DNA of 54,055 nucleotides, the filler included, from Limisphaerales bacterium (GTDB lineage Bacteria; Verrucomicrobiota; Verrucomicrobiia; Limisphaerales; SIBE01), in the NCBI GenBank assembly GCA_044225505.1. It is 2 parts of 2 records of this genome, joined end to end, with 100 filler letters (N's around TTAATTAATTAA, not from the genome) between each part and the next. Parts side by side here need not be neighbours in the genome. Positions count along the whole stretch, not along the records: positions 27,123 to 54,055 come from JBGAIN010000113.1; 1 more part is not named here. One strand, given 5' to 3'. Position numbers and translations under genes: made by a program. Position 1 is the first letter of the stretch. The number at the start of each line of letters is the position of its first letter. The notes under the pieces were generated by a model. It searched no databases and was not told where the DNA came from. It saw only the letters and a list, made by a program, of their open reading frames with translations. Below, piece after piece: positions 27,023 through 36,107 of this stretch.

Positions 27023-27122
27023 NNNNNNNNNNNNNNNNNNNNNNNNNNNNNNNNNNNNNNNNNNNNTTAATTAATTAANNNNNNNNNNNNNNNNNNNNNN
27101 NNNNNNNNNNNNNNNNNNNNNN
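27023..27122. other. Artificial contig spacer (N44-TTAATTAATTAA-N44)
   Basis: 100-nt N run with a symmetric six-frame stop linker at 27067-27078. Confidence 0.97.
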
Positions 27123-27323
27123 GTCGGAAGGGGCTGGATCATTCTGGCCGAAGTGGTCAATGCCGAACAAGGTTTAGGCTACCTGATCTCGATCTCCGAA
27201 CGGCGCGGACATACCGCGGCTATCTTTGCCATTATCATTGTGATCGTCGTGATTGCGATCGCCTGCGATCAAGCCTGGCGCCTCGTCGGACGCATCCTTT
27301 TCCCTTACCGCCACTCGTCCTGA
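27123..27323 (+). CDS. NitT/TauT-type ABC permease, C-terminal fragment (not in ORF track)
   Basis: Frame from 27123 reads VGRGWIILAEVVNAEQGLGYLISISERRG...IACDQAWRLVGRILFPYRHSS*. Confidence 0.8.
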   Translation, partial: VGRGWIILAEVVNAEQGLGYLISISERRGHTAAIFAIIIVIVVIAIACDQAWRLVGRILFPYRHSS

Positions 27324-27325
27324 CC

Positions 27326-28228
27326 ATGGATGCTCCGTCTCCTGCAACACCTCAACCGACCGCACCGGCCTCAACCCCCGAGAAATCGGCCGTGGCAACG
27401 GCTGTGCCGCAACAGGCGCCCGACGTCGCCGTTTTCCGCAACGTCACCAAACGGTTCGGCGACCGGGTGGCGATCGAAGACGTCTCGTTTGCGATTGAGG
27501 ATCTTCCGGGAAAAGGCGAGCTCATCTCGATCGTCGGCCCGTCCGGCTGCGGCAAATCGACCGTCTTGCGTATCCTCGCCGGACTTCGGCCTCACTTTCC
27601 GGCAAGCTCGGGCGAAACGCTTGTGTGCGGCCGGCCGATTGTGGGTCCCGGAGCGGATCGCGGCTTGGTCGACCAAAAGTACTCCTTACTCCCGCACCTT
27701 ACGGTCTTGGACAATGTCGCCTTTGGGTTAAAACTTCGTGGTGTCTCGCGCAAAGAGCGTCGCGACCGCGCTCGAGACTGGGTCAAGAAGGTCGGCCTCG
27801 AATCCTCCGAAGATAAGTACCCGTCAGAACTTTCCGGCGGAATGCAGCAGCGGGTCGCGATTGCTGCGACGTTGATTCTGGGCCCACGCATCTTGCTCAT
27901 GGACGAACCGTTTGGCGCGCTGGACCCGCGCATTCGCCTGCGCATGCAGGAGCTCTTGATTCAACTTTGGAATGAGCAGCAAGGTACGGTCTTCCTGGTC
28001 ACCCATTCGGTTGAGGAGGCCGTTTATTTGGGGGATCGAATCTTTCGCATGGCCGCTGGCCCAGGGCGACTGGTCGAGATCTTGCCAATCCCTCGTCCGG
28101 ATGAACCGCCCGAAGCCTGGCGCCAGAAAAAGTGGTTTGCCGATGCAACCCGGGAGCTTTTGCGACGCCTGGAAACCGATGCTCCAGCGTCCGGTAGCTT
28201 AACAGACCGTTCCGGGCCGGGGCGTTAA
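27326..28228 (+). CDS. NitT/TauT-type ABC ATP-binding protein
   Basis: GPSGCGKS, LSGGMQQR, LLMDEPFGALD, VTHSVEEA. Confidence 0.93.
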   Translation: MDAPSPATPQPTAPASTPEKSAVATAVPQQAPDVAVFRNVTKRFGDRVAIEDVSFAIEDLPGKGELISIVGPSGCGKSTVLRILAGLRPHFPASSGETLVCGRPIVGPGADRGLVDQKYSLLPHLTVLDNVAFGLKLRGVSRKERRDRARDWVKKVGLESSEDKYPSELSGGMQQRVAIAATLILGPRILLMDEPFGALDPRIRLRMQELLIQLWNEQQGTVFLVTHSVEEAVYLGDRIFRMAAGPGRLVEILPIPRPDEPPEAWRQKKWFADATRELLRRLETDAPASGSLTDRSGPGR

Positions 28229-28325
28229 CGAACCAACCGCCACTGAACCAAGCGTAGTGACTAGCAGGTTCCGGACTGCGCGCATTGCTAAACGTGGCGG
28301 GGTCCAGTAGGATCAACCAAGTCGC

Positions 28326-29282
28326 ATGGACGAGCAGCAGCCTAAATATCATGCGGAATTCTTGAAGAGCCCACACCATATTTGGCTTGGGCTCCTCACG
28401 CTGGGCGCCGGTTTTCTCCTGGCCAGTCCTTTGCCGCTTATCGCTGGCGCCACCGCGTATGCCCTTGGCTGGATTTACATGCCCGACATGCCGCTGTTCA
28501 AGAACTGGGTCCAACGTCGCGGCGACTCCGAACGTCGTGCTGCAGCCTTGGCCCAGGTGGAAGACTTCTTAAAGCGTCGTGAAACGCTCCTGTCGGCCCT
28601 CACTTCCAGCCGGCGAACCCGTTACATGGAACTCGCGACGGTCTGCCGGGACATCGAGTCCGCGACTACCGAAGGCCAAATGTCGAACTCAGAGCCAGCG
28701 ACGGATCCGCGCTTGCGCAAGCTCGACGAATTGATGTGGACCTACCTTCGGCTCCTCGGGATTGAAGAATCCCTCGAGCGGTTCCTCGAAACAGAAAGGC
28801 GCGAAGATCTCCCGTTGGTCGTGCAAGAAGCGGAGGGAGAAGTCAATTTGCTCTCCCAGGAAATTGAAGCGCTCAAAGCCAAGGGCCCCAGCGCGACCTT
28901 GGATTCAAAGCAACGACTATTGAGTTCCCGCATGGAGCGGTTGGGCGTCCTGCGCAAGCGCGTCGAACGAGTCAACACCGCGGGCGATAACCTGGCCTTA
29001 GTGCGTTCCGAACAAGAACGCCTGGTAGAACAAATCAAGCTTGTTCGAGCGGACGCAGTAGCGGCTAAGAACGCGGAGACTCTCACCGCTCGCATTGACG
29101 CCACGGTGGAGCACTTGGACCAAACCAATAAATGGATTTCAGAGATGGATGAGTTCAAGGACCTCGTCGGCGATATGCCTTCCACCGACTTCCGGATCGG
29201 CTACGGCACCGCGCCGGTCGCTGCACCGTCGATGCCTATCCCCCCTCGAATCGATCGACGAACCGTCAAGGAAAGAAACTAA
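28326..29282 (+). CDS. Two-TM, coiled-coil hypothetical protein
   Basis: Two N-terminal hydrophobic helices followed by a long heptad-rich helical region. Confidence 0.75.
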   Translation: MDEQQPKYHAEFLKSPHHIWLGLLTLGAGFLLASPLPLIAGATAYALGWIYMPDMPLFKNWVQRRGDSERRAAALAQVEDFLKRRETLLSALTSSRRTRYMELATVCRDIESATTEGQMSNSEPATDPRLRKLDELMWTYLRLLGIEESLERFLETERREDLPLVVQEAEGEVNLLSQEIEALKAKGPSATLDSKQRLLSSRMERLGVLRKRVERVNTAGDNLALVRSEQERLVEQIKLVRADAVAAKNAETLTARIDATVEHLDQTNKWISEMDEFKDLVGDMPSTDFRIGYGTAPVAAPSMPIPPRIDRRTVKERN

Positions 29283-29285
29283 CTC

Positions 29286-31109
29286 ATGGCCGCGCCGTCG
29301 CCCTCCTCTACCACGGATCCCGTTCCTTCGAAATCGCGTGCGGCCAACCGGGAGAGGCTACCGCTCCAAGGTTGGGCGCTGGATCTGGCGCGGCGATGGA
29401 ACAGCGAAGCTTATTCGCTCTTTCTCTTGCAAGGAAATATCTTTGACGTTTTCCCGACTCAAGAAGCTGATGGTGTCCAGTATGTCCCACTAAAAGCCTA
29501 TCTCGCCAGGCGCATTTTCGCTGAGCGTTCATTCCTGTTATTCTACGATATCGGCGACGGACTTTCCTTCGGCTCCGCCGGGATGCAGAAGCGCTTCTTC
29601 GAATGGCTCGAGCTTTTCGACCAGGTCGAAAATACCAATTTCCATCAACAAGGTCCGCCTCGTGAGTTTAACCGCCTGGTCCCGCTGCTACGCCGGTTCT
29701 TCCTGCGTGCCGCGGACGAAAAAGGGGATCGGCGCGGCGTGACGCTTATCATCGACTTTCCGGAGAAAATCGTCCCGGCCTGCGAAGAAGCGAGCATGAG
29801 CGTGGACGAGCGGATCGCCTTGGTCAGCTTGCTCAAATGGGCGTCTTCCCCGGAGATGCGGCAAACGGACGTGGGCGTTCTGCTCGTCACCGAAACGGCG
29901 GGCGACCTGCATCCGGATCTCCTCCAGAACCCGCACATTGCGCAACTCAAGATTGAATTGCCGAACGCCGACGAACGGATGGCCTTTCTCGAGTCGGGTT
30001 GGGTCGAAGCCCTCGCGGGCAAGCGTGAGCTTAAGGAGTGGAGCGATCTGCCGTTGCCTGAACTCGCCGTTCGCACGGCCGGATTGAGCCTCCTACGCAT
30101 TCAGCACCTGCTTTCGGAAGCAGTCCGCAACGGCATCCGCGTCAGCTTTGAACAGGTCGCCGCGGGCAAGAAGCGTCTCATCGAAGAGTTTTGCCAGGGA
30201 CTCGTGCGCTTCAAGGATCCCAAACCTGGGACGAGCCTGGACCGGGTGGCCACGCATCGCGCCGCCAAAGCCAAGCTCCGAGAATTGGCGTGGTTGATTA
30301 AGAACAATAAGACGGACGTTCTCGAAAGAGGCGTTCTGCTGCCGGGCCGAGTCGGTGTGGGAAAATCGTTTCTGGTCGATTGCTTTGCCAGCGAGTGTGG
30401 TCTGCCCGTTCTGGAAATGGGCGATTTCCGTTCGAAGTGGGTCGGCGATACGGAACGTCAACAGACCCGGATCCTGATGACCATCCGCGCGCTCGGTCCG
30501 GTCATTGTTGTGGTCGACGAGGCCGACGCCGTCTTTGGCACGCGCGAGGCCGACGGCGATAGCGGCGTGTCTGGCCGAGTTTTTGCCGCGTTCGCGGCAC
30601 ACATTGGAGATTCGACGTTGCGTGGTCGGGAACTGTGGATAGCGATGACATCACGTCCAGACCTCCTGGCGATTGATATGAAACGCCAAGGGCGCTTTGG
30701 ACTGTGCGTTCCGTTGTTCCCTGCCCAAGGTCCCGACGATGTCATTGAGCTATTCTCCACCATCGCTCGCGCCAAGAAGATTGAGTTGAGCGACGCTATC
30801 CAAGCTTTTGTCCGAACGGAATTAGGACCACGCCCGCTGACGGGCAGCGATGTCGAAGCGATTGTCATTCGAGCGAAGGAAAGAGCGGTCTTGGCGCAAC
30901 GCGATCAGGACGTGCAATTGGAAGATATCCAAGAGGCAGTGCGATCATTTATTGACCCGCTCGATCCTAATCTCCTGACGTTGCAGGAGCTAGCCGCAGT
31001 GCTGGCGTGTTCCGATACGCGTTACTTGCCGGACCAATACCGGGCCGCAGATCGCGGACTTCTCCTGCAGCAGTTCGCCATGGCCAAGGCACGCGCTGGT
31101 TTGCGTTGA
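29286..31109 (+). CDS. AAA+ ATPase with degenerate N-terminal AAA module (Ycf46-like architecture)
   Basis: GRVGVGKS, FRSKWVG, VVVDEAD, TSRPDLL..DMKRQGRF. Confidence 0.88.
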   Translation: MAAPSPSSTTDPVPSKSRAANRERLPLQGWALDLARRWNSEAYSLFLLQGNIFDVFPTQEADGVQYVPLKAYLARRIFAERSFLLFYDIGDGLSFGSAGMQKRFFEWLELFDQVENTNFHQQGPPREFNRLVPLLRRFFLRAADEKGDRRGVTLIIDFPEKIVPACEEASMSVDERIALVSLLKWASSPEMRQTDVGVLLVTETAGDLHPDLLQNPHIAQLKIELPNADERMAFLESGWVEALAGKRELKEWSDLPLPELAVRTAGLSLLRIQHLLSEAVRNGIRVSFEQVAAGKKRLIEEFCQGLVRFKDPKPGTSLDRVATHRAAKAKLRELAWLIKNNKTDVLERGVLLPGRVGVGKSFLVDCFASECGLPVLEMGDFRSKWVGDTERQQTRILMTIRALGPVIVVVDEADAVFGTREADGDSGVSGRVFAAFAAHIGDSTLRGRELWIAMTSRPDLLAIDMKRQGRFGLCVPLFPAQGPDDVIELFSTIARAKKIELSDAIQAFVRTELGPRPLTGSDVEAIVIRAKERAVLAQRDQDVQLEDIQEAVRSFIDPLDPNLLTLQELAAVLACSDTRYLPDQYRAADRGLLLQQFAMAKARAGLR

Positions 31110-31194
31110 GCTTGTCGATTCTGGCCGAACCTTTTCAGGGCCGCGCTAAGGACAATACCCGGTCAATAGACTTCCCTCGCCCTCTGAGGAGCCG

Positions 31195-34029
31195 TCAACG
31201 AAGGTAAGCCGCTTCATTCGCGAGAAGTAACCCGTGCCCATATTGCTGCCACGCGCCCGCGCGCGCAGTTCGGGAGCGAACCTCTTCGAAGGCCCCGGCT
31301 TGGTTCGGTAGGCTCCGGTCACCAGTTGCCTCGCGCACCTTGACCTCACGGACAAACGCCAATCCCAGCCTGGTTTCCTCAGTCGTTGGCTCACGCTGGT
31401 AAAAGAGCTCATAGAGGTATCGAATCCGCGCTTCATCGGATCTTTCAGCACGAAATCGCTCACCTTCGACAATGGAGCGGACCTGGTCCAGCACGACCGC
31501 GCTATTCATCAGATAGAGAGCTTGCTGCGGCACCGTCGTCTCGTGCCTTCGGCCGATAGGGGAGTCCGGACTGGCAAAGTCAAACGTATTTAGATCCTCG
31601 AGAGGGTCCGCGCGATCGATGAATCCGTAAACAGCTCGACGCGATTTGGACGCCAGTAAGTGTGACTCAGCTCCTTTCGGGATCCGACCGCGGAGACGGC
31701 GCGACGGGCGCCGCCCCTGACTGAGGTCGACGGCATGCCCACCTACGGTTAGATCCAAGTTCCCTCCGAAACAGAAGATCGAATCTCGCAATGGCTCGAA
31801 CTCCAATCGCCGTACATTCGCTCGCCAGAGCCAACGGTTGGCAGGGTCTTGGGAGGCCGCAGGTGCAAGGACTTCGCTGCTGCGTTGATAAACAGCGGAG
31901 AGCATGATGAGTTTGTGCAGTCGCTTCGTAGACCACCCCTCCCTCATGAACCGAGCGGCCAGATAGTCCAAAAGGTCCAGATGCACCGGATCTTCCGTTT
32001 GCATCCCAAAATCGTCCGGCGTGCTGACCAAGCCCTCGCCAAAGTGGTGCAACCAGATTCGGTTCACCCAAACACGGGCCGTCATTGGATTGGTCGGGCT
32101 GGCAATAGCCTGCGCCAACTCCAATCGACCACTGCCCTTTCGAAAGGGCGCCCGCTCTGGTCCGCCAATCACCTGCAAAAAGCGCCGCGGCACCACGGCG
32201 CCACGGCTCTCCGACTCACCTCGAATGAAAATCGGCGAATTCTTAGGGACAGGGCTGTCCACCAGGATGGGCGCGCGCGCGGGAGCCCCAGGATGCGACA
32301 ATTCCAACCGGTCGCTCTGTTCGCGCAGGGCAAAAACGCGGGCCCGTTCTCGATTGGGGAGAAATCGCAACGCCGCGTCGCTGAGCACCGCGGTCATCGT
32401 CGCTTGCCAGGCCGGATCCTGGCTCGAGAAGAGCACACCATAGATCGCAGCCACCTCGCCAAGCGTCCGGAAAGATTTGTCCTTAAAAGCGTCCAACACG
32501 AATGGATGAATCGGCTCCGGGCGATCGAGATTGCGACCAAGGTTTTGCAATGCGCGCCCCGCCTGGCGGGCGAAACGATCCTCGGGAATACGACTGAGAA
32601 CATTCCAGACGCCAAAAACACTCCGGGCTTGCCGGCCGCCACCCCGGGCGAGCTGCTGCCAGGCTTTTACCAGGTTCGTGCTTCCCCCCATCTTGAGCAC
32701 GTAGGCAGTTCTTTCGCTTTCCGGCAATCGGGTGGCGAAAAGGTAAACGCCTGCTAAGCGCTGATAATCTCCATAGACGGTGGCCAGCTGTTGGGTGCGA
32801 ACCCCGTAAAGTCGTGCGTCCAGGTCTCGACGCTTGGCCAGATAGTCCTTGTAATCCGGGTTGCTGGTGAAGTCGGAGATCTCAGGTTTCAGCAGCGGTT
32901 CGACGCTGCTCGCGAAAATTCCATGCAGCGAATAGTAATCCGCCTGCGGGATGGGATCGAACTTATGGTCATGACACCGCGCGCAGGACACCGTGAGCCC
33001 GAGAAAAGCCTTGGTTGTGACGTCTATGCGGTCGTTGATGATATCGTTCGGGTTGCCGCTGAAATGATCGCCCAGAGTGAGGAAACCTAGCGCGGCCAAC
33101 GTCGCGCGATTGGTCGCGCCGGTTAACTGATCCGCCGCCAGTTGTTCGAGAACAAAACGGTCATAGGGAATGTCCTGGTTGAACGCCGCGATAACGTAGT
33201 CGCGGTAGGTCCAGGCGTAAGGATAGATGGAGCTTTCTCGACGACGATCGTATTGACCTTTGGAATCCGAATAACGCGCCACGTCTAACCAATGGCGTCC
33301 CCACCGTTCGCCATAATGGGGCGAAGCCAGCAAATGATCGACGACCTTTTCGAACGCCTGCGGCGATGAGTCGGCGATGAACTTCTGCACGTCCTCCAAC
33401 GAAGGAGGCAAGCCAATCAGATCATAGTAAGCTCGCCGGATCAGAGTTCGCTTTTCCGCTGGTGGATTTGGCGTCACCCCGTGTGCTTCGAGTTGAGCCA
33501 GCACGAATGCATCAAGTTCGTTCTTCACCAGCGCCCCAGCACGGGCTGGCGAAGGGACGTCCGGATGTGAAAGGGGTAGAAACGCCCAATGCCGATCTGC
33601 CCTTGGCCCCTCGTGCACGACGCTTTTTTCGCGTGCGAGGCGAGGATCGGGTGCGCCGAACTCCACCCAGCGGGCCAAATCAGTGACCTGCGCTGGCGTC
33701 AACCTCCGGCCATTGGGTGGCATCTGCAATTCGGGATCATCGTAGCGGACAGCACGGACCAACCGGCTCTGATCTGGGTGCCCTGGGACGATTACGGGGC
33801 CGGAGTCGCCGCCCTTTTCCCATCCGCCTTTCCAGTCCAATTCCAAGCCGCCCTTGATCTTGCCGCGGCTGCCGCTGTGGCACGAATAGCAATGCTCTAC
33901 CAGGATCGGACGGATGCGCGTCTCGAAGAACTCTAATGCGGCCGGTGAACTCTCCCAAGGTGCGGCCGTGAGCGGAGCTCCGCAGCGCAACGCGACGACT
34001 CCAAGGCTTAACCAATAGGCCCGCTTCAT
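31195..34029 (-). CDS. Planctomycete-type cytochrome c / DUF1549 / DUF1553 (PSD1) protein
   Basis: FFETRIRPIL..HCYSCH, YGERWGRHWLD, CARCHDHKFDPI, NPMTARVWVNRIW, PQQALYLMN. Confidence 0.93.
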   Translation of the reverse strand: MKRAYWLSLGVVALRCGAPLTAAPWESSPAALEFFETRIRPILVEHCYSCHSGSRGKIKGGLELDWKGGWEKGGDSGPVIVPGHPDQSRLVRAVRYDDPELQMPPNGRRLTPAQVTDLARWVEFGAPDPRLAREKSVVHEGPRADRHWAFLPLSHPDVPSPARAGALVKNELDAFVLAQLEAHGVTPNPPAEKRTLIRRAYYDLIGLPPSLEDVQKFIADSSPQAFEKVVDHLLASPHYGERWGRHWLDVARYSDSKGQYDRRRESSIYPYAWTYRDYVIAAFNQDIPYDRFVLEQLAADQLTGATNRATLAALGFLTLGDHFSGNPNDIINDRIDVTTKAFLGLTVSCARCHDHKFDPIPQADYYSLHGIFASSVEPLLKPEISDFTSNPDYKDYLAKRRDLDARLYGVRTQQLATVYGDYQRLAGVYLFATRLPESERTAYVLKMGGSTNLVKAWQQLARGGGRQARSVFGVWNVLSRIPEDRFARQAGRALQNLGRNLDRPEPIHPFVLDAFKDKSFRTLGEVAAIYGVLFSSQDPAWQATMTAVLSDAALRFLPNRERARVFALREQSDRLELSHPGAPARAPILVDSPVPKNSPIFIRGESESRGAVVPRRFLQVIGGPERAPFRKGSGRLELAQAIASPTNPMTARVWVNRIWLHHFGEGLVSTPDDFGMQTEDPVHLDLLDYLAARFMREGWSTKRLHKLIMLSAVYQRSSEVLAPAASQDPANRWLWRANVRRLEFEPLRDSIFCFGGNLDLTVGGHAVDLSQGRRPSRRLRGRIPKGAESHLLASKSRRAVYGFIDRADPLEDLNTFDFASPDSPIGRRHETTVPQQALYLMNSAVVLDQVRSIVEGERFRAERSDEARIRYLYELFYQREPTTEETRLGLAFVREVKVREATGDRSLPNQAGAFEEVRSRTARAGAWQQYGHGLLLANEAAYLR

Positions 34030-35402
34030 ACTCGCGCCAGGATTCCCTGCACCACCGACCCGGCCGTGTCCGTGAGACGAAAGTCACGGCCGCTATAACG
34101 ATAGGTCAGTCGCTCATGATCGAAGCCGAGCAAGTGCAATATCGTTGCGTGTAAATCATGAACATGGACTGGATTCTCGACGGCCCGCGCTCCGAATTCG
34201 TCCGTCTTACCGTAAACGGTCCCGCCTCGCACACCGCCGCCAGCAAGCCAGACGGAAAATGCGCGGTGATTATGATCTCGGCCAGGATCGTCATTCCCAT
34301 TTCGGTCTCGAGTCACGGTCCGACCGAATTCGCCTCCCCAAACGACCAAGGTTCGGTCGAGTAAACCGCGTTGCTTGAGATCGGTCAGTAATGCGGCGGC
34401 CGGTTGGTCTATCTCGCGCGCACTCGCAGGCAGACGTTCCTCTAAATCTTGGTGATGATCCCATCCACCAGCCCAGACCTGAACGAAACGCACGCCCCGT
34501 TCCACAAGACGCCTCGCAATGAGCAACTGGCGTCCTTGCTTTGAATCACCGTAGAGCGCTCGAACGCTGGGAGGTTCTCTCCCAACGTCAAATGCATCAG
34601 TCGCTTCCATCTGCATCCGATACGCCATCTCGAACGCTTGAATGCGCGCCTCCAGACTCGGATCATTCCGTGTGGTTTCCGCAGCATTGAGCTTCCGCAC
34701 AAGGTCCAATTGGCGCCTTTGGGCTTCACGGGTGTAAGCCTCGTTACGCAAGTTGGGAATGAGGCCATCGGAGGTGGTCGCGGAGCTGTTGATGCTCGTC
34801 GCTTGGAATTGCCCTGGCAAAAAGGATGCCCCCCAGTTTACCGGTCCGCCAGGAGGAGTTCCGCCTCCTGCGCGCAGCGAGATATACCCAGGCATATTCT
34901 CATTGGCGCTCCCCAAGCCATAGAGGCTCCATGCGCCCAGACTCGGTCTCGCCGATCGGAGCGATCCGGTGTTCATAAAAACGGTCGCCAAATCATGGGC
35001 CGGCACGTCCGTATGCATGGACCGAATCACGGCCATGTCGTCAACCTTTTCACGCAGCGCCGCGAACACTTCGCTCACTTCAATCCCCGATTGGCCACAT
35101 GGCCGGAATTGGAATGGTGATGGCATGGCTACCCCTCGAAGCCCCGGTAAACTTCGGTCTCGATAATTTGCCAACACGGGCTTCGGATCCCAAGTGTCGA
35201 CCTGAGAAGGCGCACCTTGGGCAAAGATGTGGATGACATGCTTCGCGCGTGCCGGAAAATGCGGCCCTGGCGCAGACCGGCCCGGTTCCTCGGCCGACGC
35301 CGACCTGGCCAGCAGGGTCGCCAGCCCCAGCGTGCCGAAACCCATGCCGAACCGCGCCAGGAACTCGCGCCGAGACAACGGAAGAGATTGGAGATCACTC
35401 AT
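34026..35402 (-). CDS. DUF1501 family protein (Tat signal)
   Basis: SRREFL, AKHVIHIF..GAPSQVDTWDPKP, ARRLVERGVRFVQ, WGGEFGRT, HDLHATILHLLG. Confidence 0.93.
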   Translation of the reverse strand: MSDLQSLPLSRREFLARFGMGFGTLGLATLLARSASAEEPGRSAPGPHFPARAKHVIHIFAQGAPSQVDTWDPKPVLANYRDRSLPGLRGVAMPSPFQFRPCGQSGIEVSEVFAALREKVDDMAVIRSMHTDVPAHDLATVFMNTGSLRSARPSLGAWSLYGLGSANENMPGYISLRAGGGTPPGGPVNWGASFLPGQFQATSINSSATTSDGLIPNLRNEAYTREAQRRQLDLVRKLNAAETTRNDPSLEARIQAFEMAYRMQMEATDAFDVGREPPSVRALYGDSKQGRQLLIARRLVERGVRFVQVWAGGWDHHQDLEERLPASAREIDQPAAALLTDLKQRGLLDRTLVVWGGEFGRTVTRDRNGNDDPGRDHNHRAFSVWLAGGGVRGGTVYGKTDEFGARAVENPVHVHDLHATILHLLGFDHERLTYRYSGRDFRLTDTAGSVVQGILARV

Positions 35403-35546
35403 AACCAAGCGGCGCCAAAAGCACCGCGCGCTGCTTGCACTCCGGAATCGCGAACTGGCACACCTCCAAACTAGACGAAATCAACAGGAAAAGGTAACGC
35501 AGAAGTTTGCCGTGACCAACACCGCCCCTGATTCTACACTCACCCA

Positions 35547-36047
35547 GTGTCAACGCCTTCTGTCCCAGCGCCCATCCTCCTGCGCCGCGCCGCGAAAGCG
35601 GACGCTGCCGCGCTCATCAAACTCATCATCGCCCTGGCGGATTTTGAGAAACTGACGCCCCCGGACGCCGCCGCTCAGGCGCGTTTAGTCGAGCATGGAT
35701 TTGGTCCACGGCCACGTTATGAAGCGTGGCTGGCCTACTGGGCGGATCGCCAGGATCCTGTAGCTTACGCCATGGTCTTCGAAACCTATTCGAGTTTTGA
35801 AGCCGCCCCTACCCTTTACCTCGAGGACATATTCGTACTTCCCGAGTTTCGAGGGCGCGGCGTTGGATCGGCCTTGCTGCAGCTCTGCATCCAAACCGCT
35901 CACGACCGGGGTTGTGCTCGCATGGAGTGGACTTGTTTGGATTGGAATACACGCGCCCAGGATACTTACGCCCGGCTCGGCGCGCAAAAGCTCTCGAATT
36001 GGTTGCTCTACCGGCTGCCAATCCGGGCGACCAATCCTTCTCCCTGA
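35547..36047 (+). CDS. GNAT acetyltransferase (SSAT-like)
   Basis: LADFEKL, LYLEDIFVLPEFRGRGVG, RMEWTCLDWN. Confidence 0.88.
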   Translation: MSTPSVPAPILLRRAAKADAAALIKLIIALADFEKLTPPDAAAQARLVEHGFGPRPRYEAWLAYWADRQDPVAYAMVFETYSSFEAAPTLYLEDIFVLPEFRGRGVGSALLQLCIQTAHDRGCARMEWTCLDWNTRAQDTYARLGAQKLSNWLLYRLPIRATNPSP

Positions 36048-36107
36048 GCTTGGAACCTGACGACGAGGGCGTTCCTATCAGTTCTGAAGGCCGGCTCGAG
36101 CGGAACG

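Noticed and set aside
26693..28228. Operon linking the AAA fragment with the ABC transporter
   Set aside because: The two are separated by an artificial contig spacer.
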